Below, in pieces: positions 11,590 through 24,646 of a stretch of DNA of 64,000 nt; the stretch's first letter is position 1; the number at the start of each line of letters is the position of its first letter. The notes below the pieces were generated by a model that was given only the letters and a program-made list of their open reading frames with translations, searched no databases and was not told where the DNA came from. The translations under genes and the position numbers were made by a program. The DNA is from an uncultured delta proteobacterium (GTDB lineage Bacteria; Myxococcota_A; Polyangia; Haliangiales; Haliangiaceae), in NCBI GenBank assembly GCA_963848295.1, contig CAWKDB010000010.1:4000001-4064000 (forward strand), written 5' to 3'.

Positions 11590-12739
11590 CGAGATACAGC
11601 GCGGCGACGCCGATCGACAACCCGAAGCATCCTCCCCACAGCACGCCGTGGCCGGCGTACTCCCAGATCCACGTGCCGAGCTTCGGCGCCGCGATCTGCG
11701 CGAGCCCCCACGCGAACACCATCGACGCCTGATAGCGGCCGCGCGCGTGCGTCGGCGCGAGCCCGGCCAGCACCGCGGACTTCGTCGGCGAGTCGAGGAT
11801 CTCGCCGGTCGTCCAGATCGCGACGGCCCCGAGGTGAGCGAGCGCGATCGGCGCGAGCCCGTGCGCGAGCATGCCCACGCCGTATAACAGCGACGCTCCG
11901 GCGAGCACGCGCGACGCGTCATGGCGCGCACTCCAGCGCGACAGCCGGGGCTGGAGCAGCACGATCAGCACGCCGTTACCGGCCATCACGAAGCCGTACG
12001 TCGACGGCGCGAAGCCCTGCCACGTCATGTGAGCCGACAGCGTCGCGCCGATCTGCAACATGATGAACGCGGTCGCGAAGCCGAGCAGCACGAGCAGCAA
12101 CAGCTGGGGATCGCGCAGCGGCGATTCGGCCGCCTCGACCTCCGGATCGCGCGCGGGTGGTGCGGCCGGGCGAGTCTCGGGCACGGAGAACGCGACGATC
12201 AGGCCGTACGCGGCGGTGGTCGCGGCGTCGAGATAGAACAATAGCTGGAAGTCGTGGTCCGCGACCAGGCCGCCGACCGCGGCTGCGGCGGCGAAGCCGA
12301 GGTTGACCGCCCAGTACAAGTACCCGAACGCGACCTGGCGCTGCGCCGGCTCGACGACGTCCGCGACGATCGCGGCGACCGCCGGCCGGTAGATCTCGCC
12401 GATGAAGCCCACCGCGATCACGAGCAGCCGGATCGCGAGCAGATCGCGCGCTTGCCCGAGCGCGACCATCGCGATCGAGCCGCCGAACAACGAGATCAGC
12501 AGCGCGGTGCGCCGGCCGACGCGATCCGCGAGTTGGCCCCCGACGATCGAGGCCGCGACCTGGCCGATGCCGAACCCCATCGCGACGCCGCCGGCTTCGG
12601 CCGCGTCGAGTCCGCGCTGCTTCATCAGATAGATGGTGAGCAGCGGCACGATGAAGCCGCCGAGCCGATTGACGAGCGTGCCCCACCACACCAGCCAATA
12701 CGTGCGCGGCAACCTCGCTGCGCGCAGCTCGCCGAGCAC
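11540..12739 (-). CDS. MFS transporter
   Basis: GQLADRVGRR MFS motif A, ~12 TM; GTG start 2 nt after prfC stop. Confidence 0.85.
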   Translation of the reverse strand: MLGELRAARLPRTYWLVWWGTLVNRLGGFIVPLLTIYLMKQRGLDAAEAGGVAMGFGIGQVAASIVGGQLADRVGRRTALLISLFGGSIAMVALGQARDLLAIRLLVIAVGFIGEIYRPAVAAIVADVVEPAQRQVAFGYLYWAVNLGFAAAAAVGGLVADHDFQLLFYLDAATTAAYGLIVAFSVPETRPAAPPARDPEVEAAESPLRDPQLLLLVLLGFATAFIMLQIGATLSAHMTWQGFAPSTYGFVMAGNGVLIVLLQPRLSRWSARHDASRVLAGASLLYGVGMLAHGLAPIALAHLGAVAIWTTGEILDSPTKSAVLAGLAPTHARGRYQASMVFAWGLAQIAAPKLGTWIWEYAGHGVLWGGCFGLSIGVAALYLATGPSRRRRLAIATPP

Positions 12740-12741
12740 GG

Positions 12742-14353
<1,612 letters not shown>

Positions 14354-14407
14354 GACGGCGGAATCTACGGAATGCGCATCGACGACGCAACCCTGCTATG
14401 GTGAGGC

Positions 14408-14713
14408 GTGGCGAAACGGTTCGCGAGATGGTCGACGTTCGACCGCGCGGTCGCGGATCAGGTACGCGCGTCGCTATCATTGACGATCGCGGAGCGGCTG
14501 AGCAACGTGCAGAAGCTGCGTGAGGCACACTGGGGGCTATTTGGTGGAGCTCCAGTCGGAATGGAAAGAGTTTCTAGGTTTGCTGTCGCGCCATGGCGTC
14601 CGCTACGTGATCGTAGGCGGATTGGCGGTCGGAGCACACGGACGCGAACGCTACACGAAGGAGCTCGACGTTTTCGTCGCGTCGACCGAAGCGAACGCAC
14701 GTCGCATCGGTAA
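14408..14713 (+). CDS. Small protein overlapping the nucleotidyltransferase (putative antitoxin/partner)
   Basis: S-L-T-x-A-E-R-L...L-R motif typical of small ORFs preceding such NTases; TATGGT -10 box 5 nt before GTG; C-terminal part runs over the next gene. Confidence 0.5.
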   Translation: MAKRFARWSTFDRAVADQVRASLSLTIAERLSNVQKLREAHWGLFGGAPVGMERVSRFAVAPWRPLRDRRRIGGRSTRTRTLHEGARRFRRVDRSERTSHR

Positions 14714-15029
14714 GGTACTCGTCGACTTCGGGTTCCGAGCCACCTCGCGGGCATGGCGGCGGTTCACGAAGCCTTATCAGATTCTTATTCTTGGACGCGA
14801 ACCCAATCGGATCGACATCCTGACGAGCATCGCAGGCGTGACGTTCCCCGAGGTCTGGAAGCGCCGCAGGAGCGTGACCACCGAGATCGGAACGCTTCAG
14901 ATCATCGGACTGGATGACCTTCGCCGGAACAAGGCAGCGACCGGCCGGCCGATCGACCTCGCTGATCTTGCGCTTCTCGACGAGCTCCTGCTCGCTAGGC
15001 GTGCGAAGCCGCGCCCGAAGGCGAAGTGA
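14544..15029 (+). CDS. Nucleotidyltransferase-fold protein (DUF6036/AbiEii-like)
   Basis: YVIVGGLAVGAHGRERYTKELDVF, RIDILTSIAGV, LRRNKAATGRPIDLADL motifs. Confidence 0.8.
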   Translation: MELQSEWKEFLGLLSRHGVRYVIVGGLAVGAHGRERYTKELDVFVASTEANARRIGKVLVDFGFRATSRAWRRFTKPYQILILGREPNRIDILTSIAGVTFPEVWKRRRSVTTEIGTLQIIGLDDLRRNKAATGRPIDLADLALLDELLLARRAKPRPKAK

Positions 15030-15033
15030 CGGG

Positions 15034-15067
15034 CCGCTACGGCGTCGGGTGCGCGCGCTCGTAGCGG
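15034..15067 (+). terminator. Stem-loop after NTase gene
   Basis: CCGCTACG...CGTAGCGG 8-bp inverted repeat; no U-tract. Confidence 0.3.
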
Positions 15068-15130
15068 GCGCGCGAGCAATGCCACACTTGCCGATGGCAC
15101 GGGCCCGAGCTTGGGTTACGTTCTCACCGC

Positions 15131-15709
15131 ATGCCACCGCGTCTCGGGACGAGCAAGCTGGTGACGCGCTGGATCGTCGTGACGATCGCCGCCTCGATCA
15201 TCGCGGCGGTCGACGGCGGTTGGCTCGCGAGCTGGGCCGCGCTCGCGCCGACTCGGATCTGGCACGGCGAGGTGTGGCGGCTGGTGACGTGGCCGTTCGT
15301 CGAGCCCGGGCCGATGTCGCTCGTCTTGACCTGCGCCGCGATCTACAAGTTCGGCGGCGAGCTCGCGGTGCGCTGGGGCGATCGCCGATTGCGGCGGTTC
15401 GCGACTCAGATCATCGTCGGCGCGGCGCTCGCGACCTCGGTCGGCGCGCTCGTGTTCCGCGGCGGCTACGTGATGCGGCTCGGTGGCTGGGCGGTCGGCG
15501 ACATGCTCGTGATCGCGTGGGCTCGGCAGTTTCCGCAAGCCGCGCTCCAGCTCTACGGCATGGTGACGTTGCGCGGTCGGGATCTCGTCGCGATCACGGT
15601 CGGCACCGCGGTGCTGTTCGCGATCTTCTATGGACCGATCGCGATGGCGCCCGAGCTCGTCGCGTGCGTTGCCGCAGCCCTCTACCCGACGACGCTGTTG
15701 CGGGGGTAG
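15131..15709 (+). CDS. Rhomboid-superfamily membrane protein (probably non-catalytic)
   Basis: GEVWRLVTWPF (WR motif); ~6 TM; no GxSG. Confidence 0.65.
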   Translation: MPPRLGTSKLVTRWIVVTIAASIIAAVDGGWLASWAALAPTRIWHGEVWRLVTWPFVEPGPMSLVLTCAAIYKFGGELAVRWGDRRLRRFATQIIVGAALATSVGALVFRGGYVMRLGGWAVGDMLVIAWARQFPQAALQLYGMVTLRGRDLVAITVGTAVLFAIFYGPIAMAPELVACVAAALYPTTLLRG

Positions 15710-15726
15710 ACGCGCCGTGCAGGCGC

Positions 15727-17493
<1,767 letters not shown>

Positions 17494-17499
17494 GACAAG

Positions 17500-19149
17500 C
17501 TACCCGCGTCGACCCGACTTGGGCACCGTTCGTCCTCGAGTGTACACGAAGTAGGCATCGGATCCGGGTCCAAAGTCGAACAGGATCGGGTCCGCGCAGT
17601 CGTCGATACCGACCGCGACCGCCTCGCTGCCGACGGCAAACGCGATGTGGCCGGTCGCCTGGGTACCGTTGTTGATACGAACGTGGGCGATTTCTTGCGC
17701 GCGGGGCGTCACCAAGGCGACGTCGCTCGCGCGATCGATCTGCACCGCAGGCGAGGGTCGACCGCCGAGCGGCGCGACGAAACAGGTGAGGCCTTTGACA
17801 TGAACGACGCGCGCGCCGCCCGGACCCGCGATCAGCGTGATCCGCAGCTTCGTGCCGTGCGGGCCGACCAGATCGATCGTGTTGTTCGCGATCATCGCGA
17901 AGTGGACGCGGCGATCGCCGATCTGCTGCGGGCCCTCCCCGAGCGCGAGTCGGCGCGGCGTCATGCCTCCGAGGATCGGCGCGGCGGTCGTCATCCACGG
18001 CTGGGTAGCGGGCGCCTTGTAGATCGGCGGCGCGGAATCGGGGATCACCGGCGGCGTCGGCGCTGTCGCGGCCGCGACCGCAGGCGGCACGTCGTAGACC
18101 CGCGCGTGGTGGCTCGCGGGCGGCAGCGATGCGACCGGATTCGTCGGCGTCAATGGAGTCAGCTCGGACTCGTGCCGCTTCATCACCGGCGACGTCAGCA
18201 GCTCGGCTTGCTCGTCGGTCGACGGCTCGATCCCCGCCGCCAGCTCCGCGGCGAGCTCGTCGATCCGCGCGAGTCGCTTCTTCGGATCGAACGCGAGCGC
18301 GCGGATCAGCGCATCGACGACGATCTTCGGCACCCCGATCGGGTTGAGCGTCTCGCGCACGAGCTCGTCGGCGTGACGCCGCTTCTTGTAGCCGGCGTAG
18401 ACGTCCTCGTCGGCGAAGATCGCCCTGCTCGACAACATGTAGATCGCGACGCACGCGAGCGAATAGATGTCGGTCGCCGGGCTGACCGGCTGACCTGCGA
18501 GCTGTTCGGGCGCGGCCCAGCTCGGCGAATACATCGCGAGCTTCTGACCGGCGACGATCGCGGTGTCCTCGGCGCGCTGGCCGGAGTCCTCGGTGTCGGC
18601 GCTCCACTTCGCGATGCCGAAGTCGGCGAGCTTCGGCAGCCGGTTGCCGCCGACCGCGCCGAACAAGATGTTCTGCGGCTTGATATCGCGATGGACGATG
18701 CCGAGCGCATGGGCTTCGGCGAGCGCCGAGCACATCGCGCCGATCACGCGCACCGTCTCCTGCAGCGGCTGCTTGCCCTGCTCGCGGATCACGTTCGACA
18801 GCGTGCCGCCGTTCATGAACTCGCACACCTGGAGCGGCATGCCGTCGGCGTCCTTGAGGCCGATGTGGCCGAAGTCGTAGATCCGCAGCGTGTTCGGATG
18901 GGTCAGCCGCGACAGCGCGAACGCCTCCTGCACGAAGTGCTCGTAGCTCGTGCGGCCTACGCCGGAGCCGCCGCCGAGCCCACTGAACACCTTGATGCAC
19001 ACCGGCCGCGACAATCGCTCGTCGTTGCCCTTGTAGACGACGCTGTGGCCACCGGATCCGATCTGTTCGACCACGCGATAGCGATCGAGGACGATGTCCC
19101 CGAGCTTGATTTCCGGGGCCTTTCCCGGCGCCTTGGGCGCGCTGGCCAT
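17500..19149 (-). CDS. Ser/Thr protein kinase with beta-rich C-terminal domain
   Basis: IGSGGHSVVY, HRDIKPQN, ADFGIAK, WAAPEQ, DIYSLA; start MASAPK 6 nt after TACGAT. Confidence 0.85.
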   Translation of the reverse strand: MASAPKAPGKAPEIKLGDIVLDRYRVVEQIGSGGHSVVYKGNDERLSRPVCIKVFSGLGGGSGVGRTSYEHFVQEAFALSRLTHPNTLRIYDFGHIGLKDADGMPLQVCEFMNGGTLSNVIREQGKQPLQETVRVIGAMCSALAEAHALGIVHRDIKPQNILFGAVGGNRLPKLADFGIAKWSADTEDSGQRAEDTAIVAGQKLAMYSPSWAAPEQLAGQPVSPATDIYSLACVAIYMLSSRAIFADEDVYAGYKKRRHADELVRETLNPIGVPKIVVDALIRALAFDPKKRLARIDELAAELAAGIEPSTDEQAELLTSPVMKRHESELTPLTPTNPVASLPPASHHARVYDVPPAVAAATAPTPPVIPDSAPPIYKAPATQPWMTTAAPILGGMTPRRLALGEGPQQIGDRRVHFAMIANNTIDLVGPHGTKLRITLIAGPGGARVVHVKGLTCFVAPLGGRPSPAVQIDRASDVALVTPRAQEIAHVRINNGTQATGHIAFAVGSEAVAVGIDDCADPILFDFGPGSDAYFVYTRGRTVPKSGRRG

Positions 19150-19166
19150 CGCGGCATCGTAGCACC

Positions 19167-21857
19167 CTACTGCGGTGTCAGTAGCTGCGACGACCCGGGC
19201 GTGACTTGCGCCGGCTCGTCGAAGCCGAGCTGGGACGCGGTCGCGCCGGCATAGTCCTCGACGCCGATCGTCGCATCGCCACCGGTGTCGGTCTGACTCG
19301 CATCCCACACGAGCTCGATCGTGCCGGTCGCCGCGGTGAGGATCGCTTGCGCCGCGACGATCGCGCCGGTCGTCGCCTGCGTGCCGCGCCATTGCACGAC
19401 GATCTTGCCGCCGCCGGTCTTCGTGCAGACCTGGACGTTCGCGAGATCGGTCCACAACGGCGCGACGATCGCACGCGGTGGTGATGCGGTGGGCAGCGCG
19501 GCGTTCGCGCGCTGCGCGAGCTGGATCGACGTGTCGAACGTCAGGAACCCGTTCGTCGAGATCACGAACGCGCCGGCGTTATCGCCGTAGTACGGAAAGC
19601 CCGCCGGCACGTTGATCGGATTCGACAGGCCTTCGTCGTCGGGCGAGCCGGACGGACCGGCGTCCGCGTGCATCGCGATGATCGAGCCGCCGGCGCCGCA
19701 CGCGTCGACAAACGGCGTGGCACCGGCCTCTGCGAAGTACGAGCCGGCGACCGTAGGCATCACGGTCAGCGCATAGTCGCCGGACGTCGTCGCATTCGCG
19801 CCCGTGACCTCGAACGCGGTCCACCCGGTGTGGCGCGCCGCGAACGTGCCGGTCTCGGCCCCGCCGGTGCCGGCTTTGTCGAGCGTGACTTGCGCGGTCT
19901 CGTCGGCGTTGAGGTTGACGAGCTCGACGTCGGCGGTGGCTGGCGTCGCGGTCGTGATCACTCGATCGCCGTCGGCCGAGTGCGCCAGGTAGCGGTTCTT
20001 GCCGCCGGCCGCGAGCGTCTCGGTGCCGAGCGTCACGGTCGTGTCGGTGTCGATCGCGCCGAGGTCGGTATAGGTCTGTGGTGCGAAGTCGAGCTCGAGC
20101 GCGCGTCCTGCGACCCCGGCACGGGTGTTGACCTTGACGAGATAGCTCGTCGTCGAGTCGTCGAGCACGATCCGGCCGCGTGGGCCGCCGGTCTCCGCGA
20201 ACGTGTCGACGAAGATCGCCAGCGGATCGGCGGCGACGAGCGCGTTGGTCGCGCCGCCGATCGCGGCTTCGTCGACCGTGAGCGAATCGAGCCGCCCGTA
20301 CGCGGTGGCGGGATCGAAGAACGTCGCGATCAGCGCGAGCGTGTTCGAGCCGGTCGCGTCGAACAGCTGCCATGGCGCGCCGCTCGCGTCGTAGGTGTAG
20401 GGATTCGAGGAGTACACGTTCGTCACATCGTCGAGCGGTACCCCGCTCGTGATGGTCAGCGCCGCGACGGGCGCGAGCCGCGACGTCACGCGATACGTCG
20501 AGACGCCCGCGGTCCCGGCCGGATCGTACGCGACCACGTAGTAGCGACCGGGCGCGGCGAATCGCAGCAACCCGTGATACGAGCGCGCGGTGTCGCCGAC
20601 CGGCGAGCCGTCGTGCCACGTGAACGCGCTCACGACCGCGAACCGGCCGTCGACGATCGCGAAGTCGATGCCGCGATCGAACGCGAGCGCGAGACCATCG
20701 ATCTCGTCGGCCGCGGCGACGTCGAAGTACAGCGGCGTGAAGTCGCTGATCGCGGTCGGGCTCGTGCTCGAGTCGGTGATCGTGACCGAGCTTCCGTCAG
20801 TCGGCAGCGCGAGCGCGTCGTGCGACGTCAGGGTCAGCGTGAACTGGCCCGGGTCGTACGCGGTGCTGACCTCGACATCGACGACGACGACCGGCGTGCT
20901 CGCCGGAGACACGCCACCGAACGTCGCCGTTGCGGGCGAGCCATTCGCGACCGCCTCGAGCACATTGTCGTTCATCGCGATCACCGACGGGGTCACGGTG
21001 CCGGGCTCGGCGGTCACCGCGATGTCGTCGAACCCCGAGCCGAGCGCGGTCGTGTAGAACTGCACCATCGACGTCGAGCCCGCGGTCGCGGCGACCCCGC
21101 CCGATACTGCGAGCTGGATCGGCGCCGGAATCGCGAGCTGGCTGATCGCGACGTAGTACTCGGCGGCTTGGCCGTCGTCGCCCGACACGACCGGGAACCC
21201 GGTGCCACCGGTGACGATCGGCAACAGCGTGCGCGACGCGGTGACCGCGAGCACGTACGTCCCCGCCTCGGGCACGAACAGCTGGCGCGTCGAGGTATCG
21301 CCGCCGAGATTGATCCCGAACCGGTGCCACGACGCGACCGGATCGCCCGCTGCCGAGGTCTGCACGAACGACACGAACCCGGCATCGAGCCCGTGCAAGC
21401 CGACCGCCGAGATCGACAACAACGTCGGGCTCGTGATCGTCACGAGATACGAGTCGACGTCCGGATCGATCTGGCCATCGCCGTCGGCGTCTTCGAACGG
21501 CACGATCGTGCCGTGCAACACGAACGCGTTGCCGATCGGCTTCAACGCGACCAGCCCCGCTGGATTCGCGCTCGGTTCGATCACGCCGAGCCCGTTCGGT
21601 TCCGGGCCCTCCTCGTCATCGATCGGCATCGAGGTCGGCACCACGCACTGGTCGCCGATCAACATCGTGCCATCCTGGCAAACGCTCGGATCGGGCATGC
21701 AGGTGTTGGTCAGCATGTCGAGCACGGTGCCGCTGCCGCACGTCGTCGCCGGCAAGCACTCACCGTCGGTGTCGATCGTGCCCGGGCCGCACGCTTCGGA
21801 GTTGTCGCCGCAACCGACCGCGACCAACGCCAGGACTCCAAGCAGGGGCTTTCGCAT
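19167..21857 (-). CDS. Large surface lipoprotein with Cys-rich N-terminus and C-terminal NIDO-like domain
   Basis: Lipobox AVGC; CGPGT/CGSGT/CQDGT repeats; FPYYG...ISTNGFLTF...VAPLWTDL. Confidence 0.7.
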   Translation of the reverse strand: MRKPLLGVLALVAVGCGDNSEACGPGTIDTDGECLPATTCGSGTVLDMLTNTCMPDPSVCQDGTMLIGDQCVVPTSMPIDDEEGPEPNGLGVIEPSANPAGLVALKPIGNAFVLHGTIVPFEDADGDGQIDPDVDSYLVTITSPTLLSISAVGLHGLDAGFVSFVQTSAAGDPVASWHRFGINLGGDTSTRQLFVPEAGTYVLAVTASRTLLPIVTGGTGFPVVSGDDGQAAEYYVAISQLAIPAPIQLAVSGGVAATAGSTSMVQFYTTALGSGFDDIAVTAEPGTVTPSVIAMNDNVLEAVANGSPATATFGGVSPASTPVVVVDVEVSTAYDPGQFTLTLTSHDALALPTDGSSVTITDSSTSPTAISDFTPLYFDVAAADEIDGLALAFDRGIDFAIVDGRFAVVSAFTWHDGSPVGDTARSYHGLLRFAAPGRYYVVAYDPAGTAGVSTYRVTSRLAPVAALTITSGVPLDDVTNVYSSNPYTYDASGAPWQLFDATGSNTLALIATFFDPATAYGRLDSLTVDEAAIGGATNALVAADPLAIFVDTFAETGGPRGRIVLDDSTTSYLVKVNTRAGVAGRALELDFAPQTYTDLGAIDTDTTVTLGTETLAAGGKNRYLAHSADGDRVITTATPATADVELVNLNADETAQVTLDKAGTGGAETGTFAARHTGWTAFEVTGANATTSGDYALTVMPTVAGSYFAEAGATPFVDACGAGGSIIAMHADAGPSGSPDDEGLSNPINVPAGFPYYGDNAGAFVISTNGFLTFDTSIQLAQRANAALPTASPPRAIVAPLWTDLANVQVCTKTGGGKIVVQWRGTQATTGAIVAAQAILTAATGTIELVWDASQTDTGGDATIGVEDYAGATASQLGFDEPAQVTPGSSQLLTPQ

Positions 21858-21934
21858 CCAGCGTAATGATCGGCGCGCGCATGCGACCGGGTCAAGCTTG
21901 GTCGGGCGGGGAGCGCCGTGCTATTTCACTAAGT

Positions 21935-22492
21935 GTGAGCCGCAGCCACCTCATCCTCGTCGCCGTCGCGGTCGGCGTCCTGGGGTTCGGCATGTATCTG
22001 CTCCATGCCGTGCGCGCATCGCCCGCAGCCGTGACCGCCGTCACCGGGGACCAGCCGCCGCCGCGGCCGGCCGTGCGCGACACGGCGCCGAAAATGCCCG
22101 ATTCCGCTCGCCCGACCATCGGCGCTCACTCCGGCGGGTTGACCGGCAGCCGGAGCCCGATGGCGCCGCGCCCTGCGGACCCCGAGCATCCCCCGCTGCA
22201 TCCGACGGTCGATCCGACGAAGCCCCACCCGAACCTCGAAGCGATGATGGACGAGGCGAACAAGCAATACGACGCGCAGGAGTACGACCAGGCCACGGCG
22301 TTGGCCAACAAGGTGCTCGAGTCGTTGCCCGGCAACGTGCGGATGATGCGGATCTTGGTGTCGTCGTACTGCGCCGATAGCGACCAAGAGAAGGCACAAG
22401 CGATCTACGTCCAGCTGCCGAAGCGCGACCGCGAGCAGATGAAGGTTCGCTGCGAGCGCTCCGGCGTCAGCTTTACCGACCCCCCGGAGTAG
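21935..22492 (+). CDS. Membrane-anchored hypothetical protein with C-terminal TPR-like domain
   Basis: N-terminal TM, Pro-rich linker, helical domain with two Cys. Confidence 0.65.
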   Translation: MSRSHLILVAVAVGVLGFGMYLLHAVRASPAAVTAVTGDQPPPRPAVRDTAPKMPDSARPTIGAHSGGLTGSRSPMAPRPADPEHPPLHPTVDPTKPHPNLEAMMDEANKQYDAQEYDQATALANKVLESLPGNVRMMRILVSSYCADSDQEKAQAIYVQLPKRDREQMKVRCERSGVSFTDPPE

Positions 22493-22517
22493 TCGGCGTG
22501 TGGTACAGGACACTGCG

Positions 22518-22955
22518 ATGTCGCTTACCCTAGTCGATCAGTTAGCGAAGGAACCGAAGCGCCCGGTGGTCGTCGGCGAGTGTGTCGATCTGATCGACGC
22601 GCAGGTGAAGCAAAAGGGCTTCATGGTCAAGAGCGCCTATGCCACGGTCAAGGCGCTCAAGAAGAAGTTCGTCCCCGAGGTCGTCGACGCCCTGCTCGAT
22701 GAATGGCTCGGCAAGATCCAGCCGCACTACGAGAAGTGGGAAGGTCAGAAGACGAGCACGTTCTCGGACTACATCATCGCGCGATCAGACGATGTCGCCG
22801 AGGATCTGCTGTCGGTCACCGACGGGCGCGCCGAGAAGACGACGCACACGACCGCGAAGAAGGTCTACCTGCGGATGCGCGACTCGGCGAAGCGCAACGT
22901 GGTCGAGGCGATTCCCGACTTAGCGCGGATGATCGAGAAGCACCTGACCGCGTAG
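22518..22955 (+). CDS. Conserved hypothetical protein (DUF6918-like)
   Basis: LIDAQV...VKSAYATVK...VAEDLLSVTDGRAE...RDSAKRNVVEAIP pattern. Confidence 0.65.
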   Translation: MSLTLVDQLAKEPKRPVVVGECVDLIDAQVKQKGFMVKSAYATVKALKKKFVPEVVDALLDEWLGKIQPHYEKWEGQKTSTFSDYIIARSDDVAEDLLSVTDGRAEKTTHTTAKKVYLRMRDSAKRNVVEAIPDLARMIEKHLTA

Positions 22956-22957
22956 CG

Positions 22958-24583
22958 TCACTTATCGGGCTGGATGCCGGTGCGTTGGGCGTTGCCGCCC
23001 CACATCGACCAGCCGGTGAGCGACGGGTCGCCGGTGTTGACCGCGACGAGCCGGCCGTCATCGGTGCCGACGTAGATCCAACCGTCGGCAACCACCGGCT
23101 GCGAGCGCAGCGTGCCGCCGACCTCCCACTTGTTCTCGACCGCGCCGGTCGTCGGGTCGATCTCGAGCAGGGTGCCGTGGAGCGTCGCGACGATCAGGTG
23201 ACTGCCGGCCGCGATCGGAGGCGCGGCGAGAGCGCCGCCTTCCTTCGCGATGTCGCCGTCGAGCTTGTGCGACCACAGCTGCTTGCCGTCGTCGGGGTTC
23301 GTCGCGACCACCTCGTCGCCCATCGTGTTCACGTTCTCGTTCGACAGGTGGAGGATGCGAGAGCCCTGGAATTGCTGGATCGTCGCGACGTTGGATTGAC
23401 CGACTTGCGCGTTCGCGATGTCGGGGGCGGCGGACACAGGCGCGCCACCCGCGAAGCCGTTGCTGGCGTCGGAGCTCATCGCCCTGTCCTTCATCGCGGC
23501 GTGCGCCTGCACCTTGTGATCGAGATACGCGGCCGACTTCGCCGCGGTCGAGTACCTCTCGACCGGCTCGTTGTGATCGGTGCGCACGATCTGCTCGCTC
23601 GGCGCGGGCGCGGCTGCGTCGCCCTTCGCCATGGTACGACCGGCCGGGGTCGCCGCCGGGCGCGCCGCGATCATCTGATCGGCGCGGCGCGTGTAGTACA
23701 TCGACTCGAGGCCGGCGACGAACTGCACGACCGGCGCCGAGGTCGCGTGCGCCTTGCTCGCGTAGCGAATCTTGCCGGTGGCTTGTTCGAGCTTGATGAC
23801 GGTGCCGTTGAACGTCGACACGTAGAGGAACTCGCCGACCGCGACCGGCGCCGAGATCACATCGGCGTCGAGCCAGTCTTGCCACAGGACCTTGCCGGTC
23901 TTGAGATCGAACGCAGCGAGCACGTGGGTCGAATTCGGCGGACGCGGCTTCTTGCCCTCGACGCCGCCCGCCGGGTACGACGTGAACACGACGCCGTTCG
24001 CGATCGTGGGCGAGCTGGTCTGCGGGTCACCGAGGAACCATGCCCACCTGCGCTTGCCGGTCTCGGCATCGACCGCGAACACCGTGCAAGACTCGGTGTT
24101 GAACACGCACTCGCCGTCTTCGCACGCGCTCGACGACGGACCGTCGTCGCTGAGATCGAGGCCGAACGCTTGCTTGCCGGTCGTCGCCTCGTACGCGAAG
24201 AACTCGCGCGAGTTGAATCCGCCCGAGGTGTAGACCTTGCCCTTGTAGACCGCCGGCGTCGATACCGCCGAGCCGTTGCCGAACTTCACTTCATAGCCGG
24301 TCTTCGTCTTCGTCGCGGTTGGACCGCGTCGCGCCGACACCGTGCCGGCGTTGAACTTCGCGCTCGGCTTGCCGAACGCGTCGCCGTTCATCTTCTGCAG
24401 ATCGCGAGTGATGCTCTGGCTCTCTTTGTCGGTCGGCGCCTCGGGCGGCTTCGGCTTGGCCGTCGCTTGCGGCACCGGCGCGGTCTTCGCACCGTGCGGC
24501 GGCGGCGGTGGAGCGGCCGGGGTGGCGTGCGAGGAGTTACAAGCAGCTGCGAGCGCGAGAACGAGGGTCTGCCAGCGCGTCAT
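22958..24583 (-). CDS. PQQ-binding-like beta-propeller lipoprotein
   Basis: Repeated AVDAETGKRRW / AFDLKTGKVLW / DGWIYVGTDDGRLVAVN motifs; lipobox AAAC. Confidence 0.85.
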   Translation of the reverse strand: MTRWQTLVLALAAACNSSHATPAAPPPPPHGAKTAPVPQATAKPKPPEAPTDKESQSITRDLQKMNGDAFGKPSAKFNAGTVSARRGPTATKTKTGYEVKFGNGSAVSTPAVYKGKVYTSGGFNSREFFAYEATTGKQAFGLDLSDDGPSSSACEDGECVFNTESCTVFAVDAETGKRRWAWFLGDPQTSSPTIANGVVFTSYPAGGVEGKKPRPPNSTHVLAAFDLKTGKVLWQDWLDADVISAPVAVGEFLYVSTFNGTVIKLEQATGKIRYASKAHATSAPVVQFVAGLESMYYTRRADQMIAARPAATPAGRTMAKGDAAAPAPSEQIVRTDHNEPVERYSTAAKSAAYLDHKVQAHAAMKDRAMSSDASNGFAGGAPVSAAPDIANAQVGQSNVATIQQFQGSRILHLSNENVNTMGDEVVATNPDDGKQLWSHKLDGDIAKEGGALAAPPIAAGSHLIVATLHGTLLEIDPTTGAVENKWEVGGTLRSQPVVADGWIYVGTDDGRLVAVNTGDPSLTGWSMWGGNAQRTGIQPDK

Positions 24584-24646
24584 GCGCGTTCAACGCGCGG
24601 TGCGGCGCCGCGATCTACGCGCCTTGGAAATCCGTTACCGACGGGG

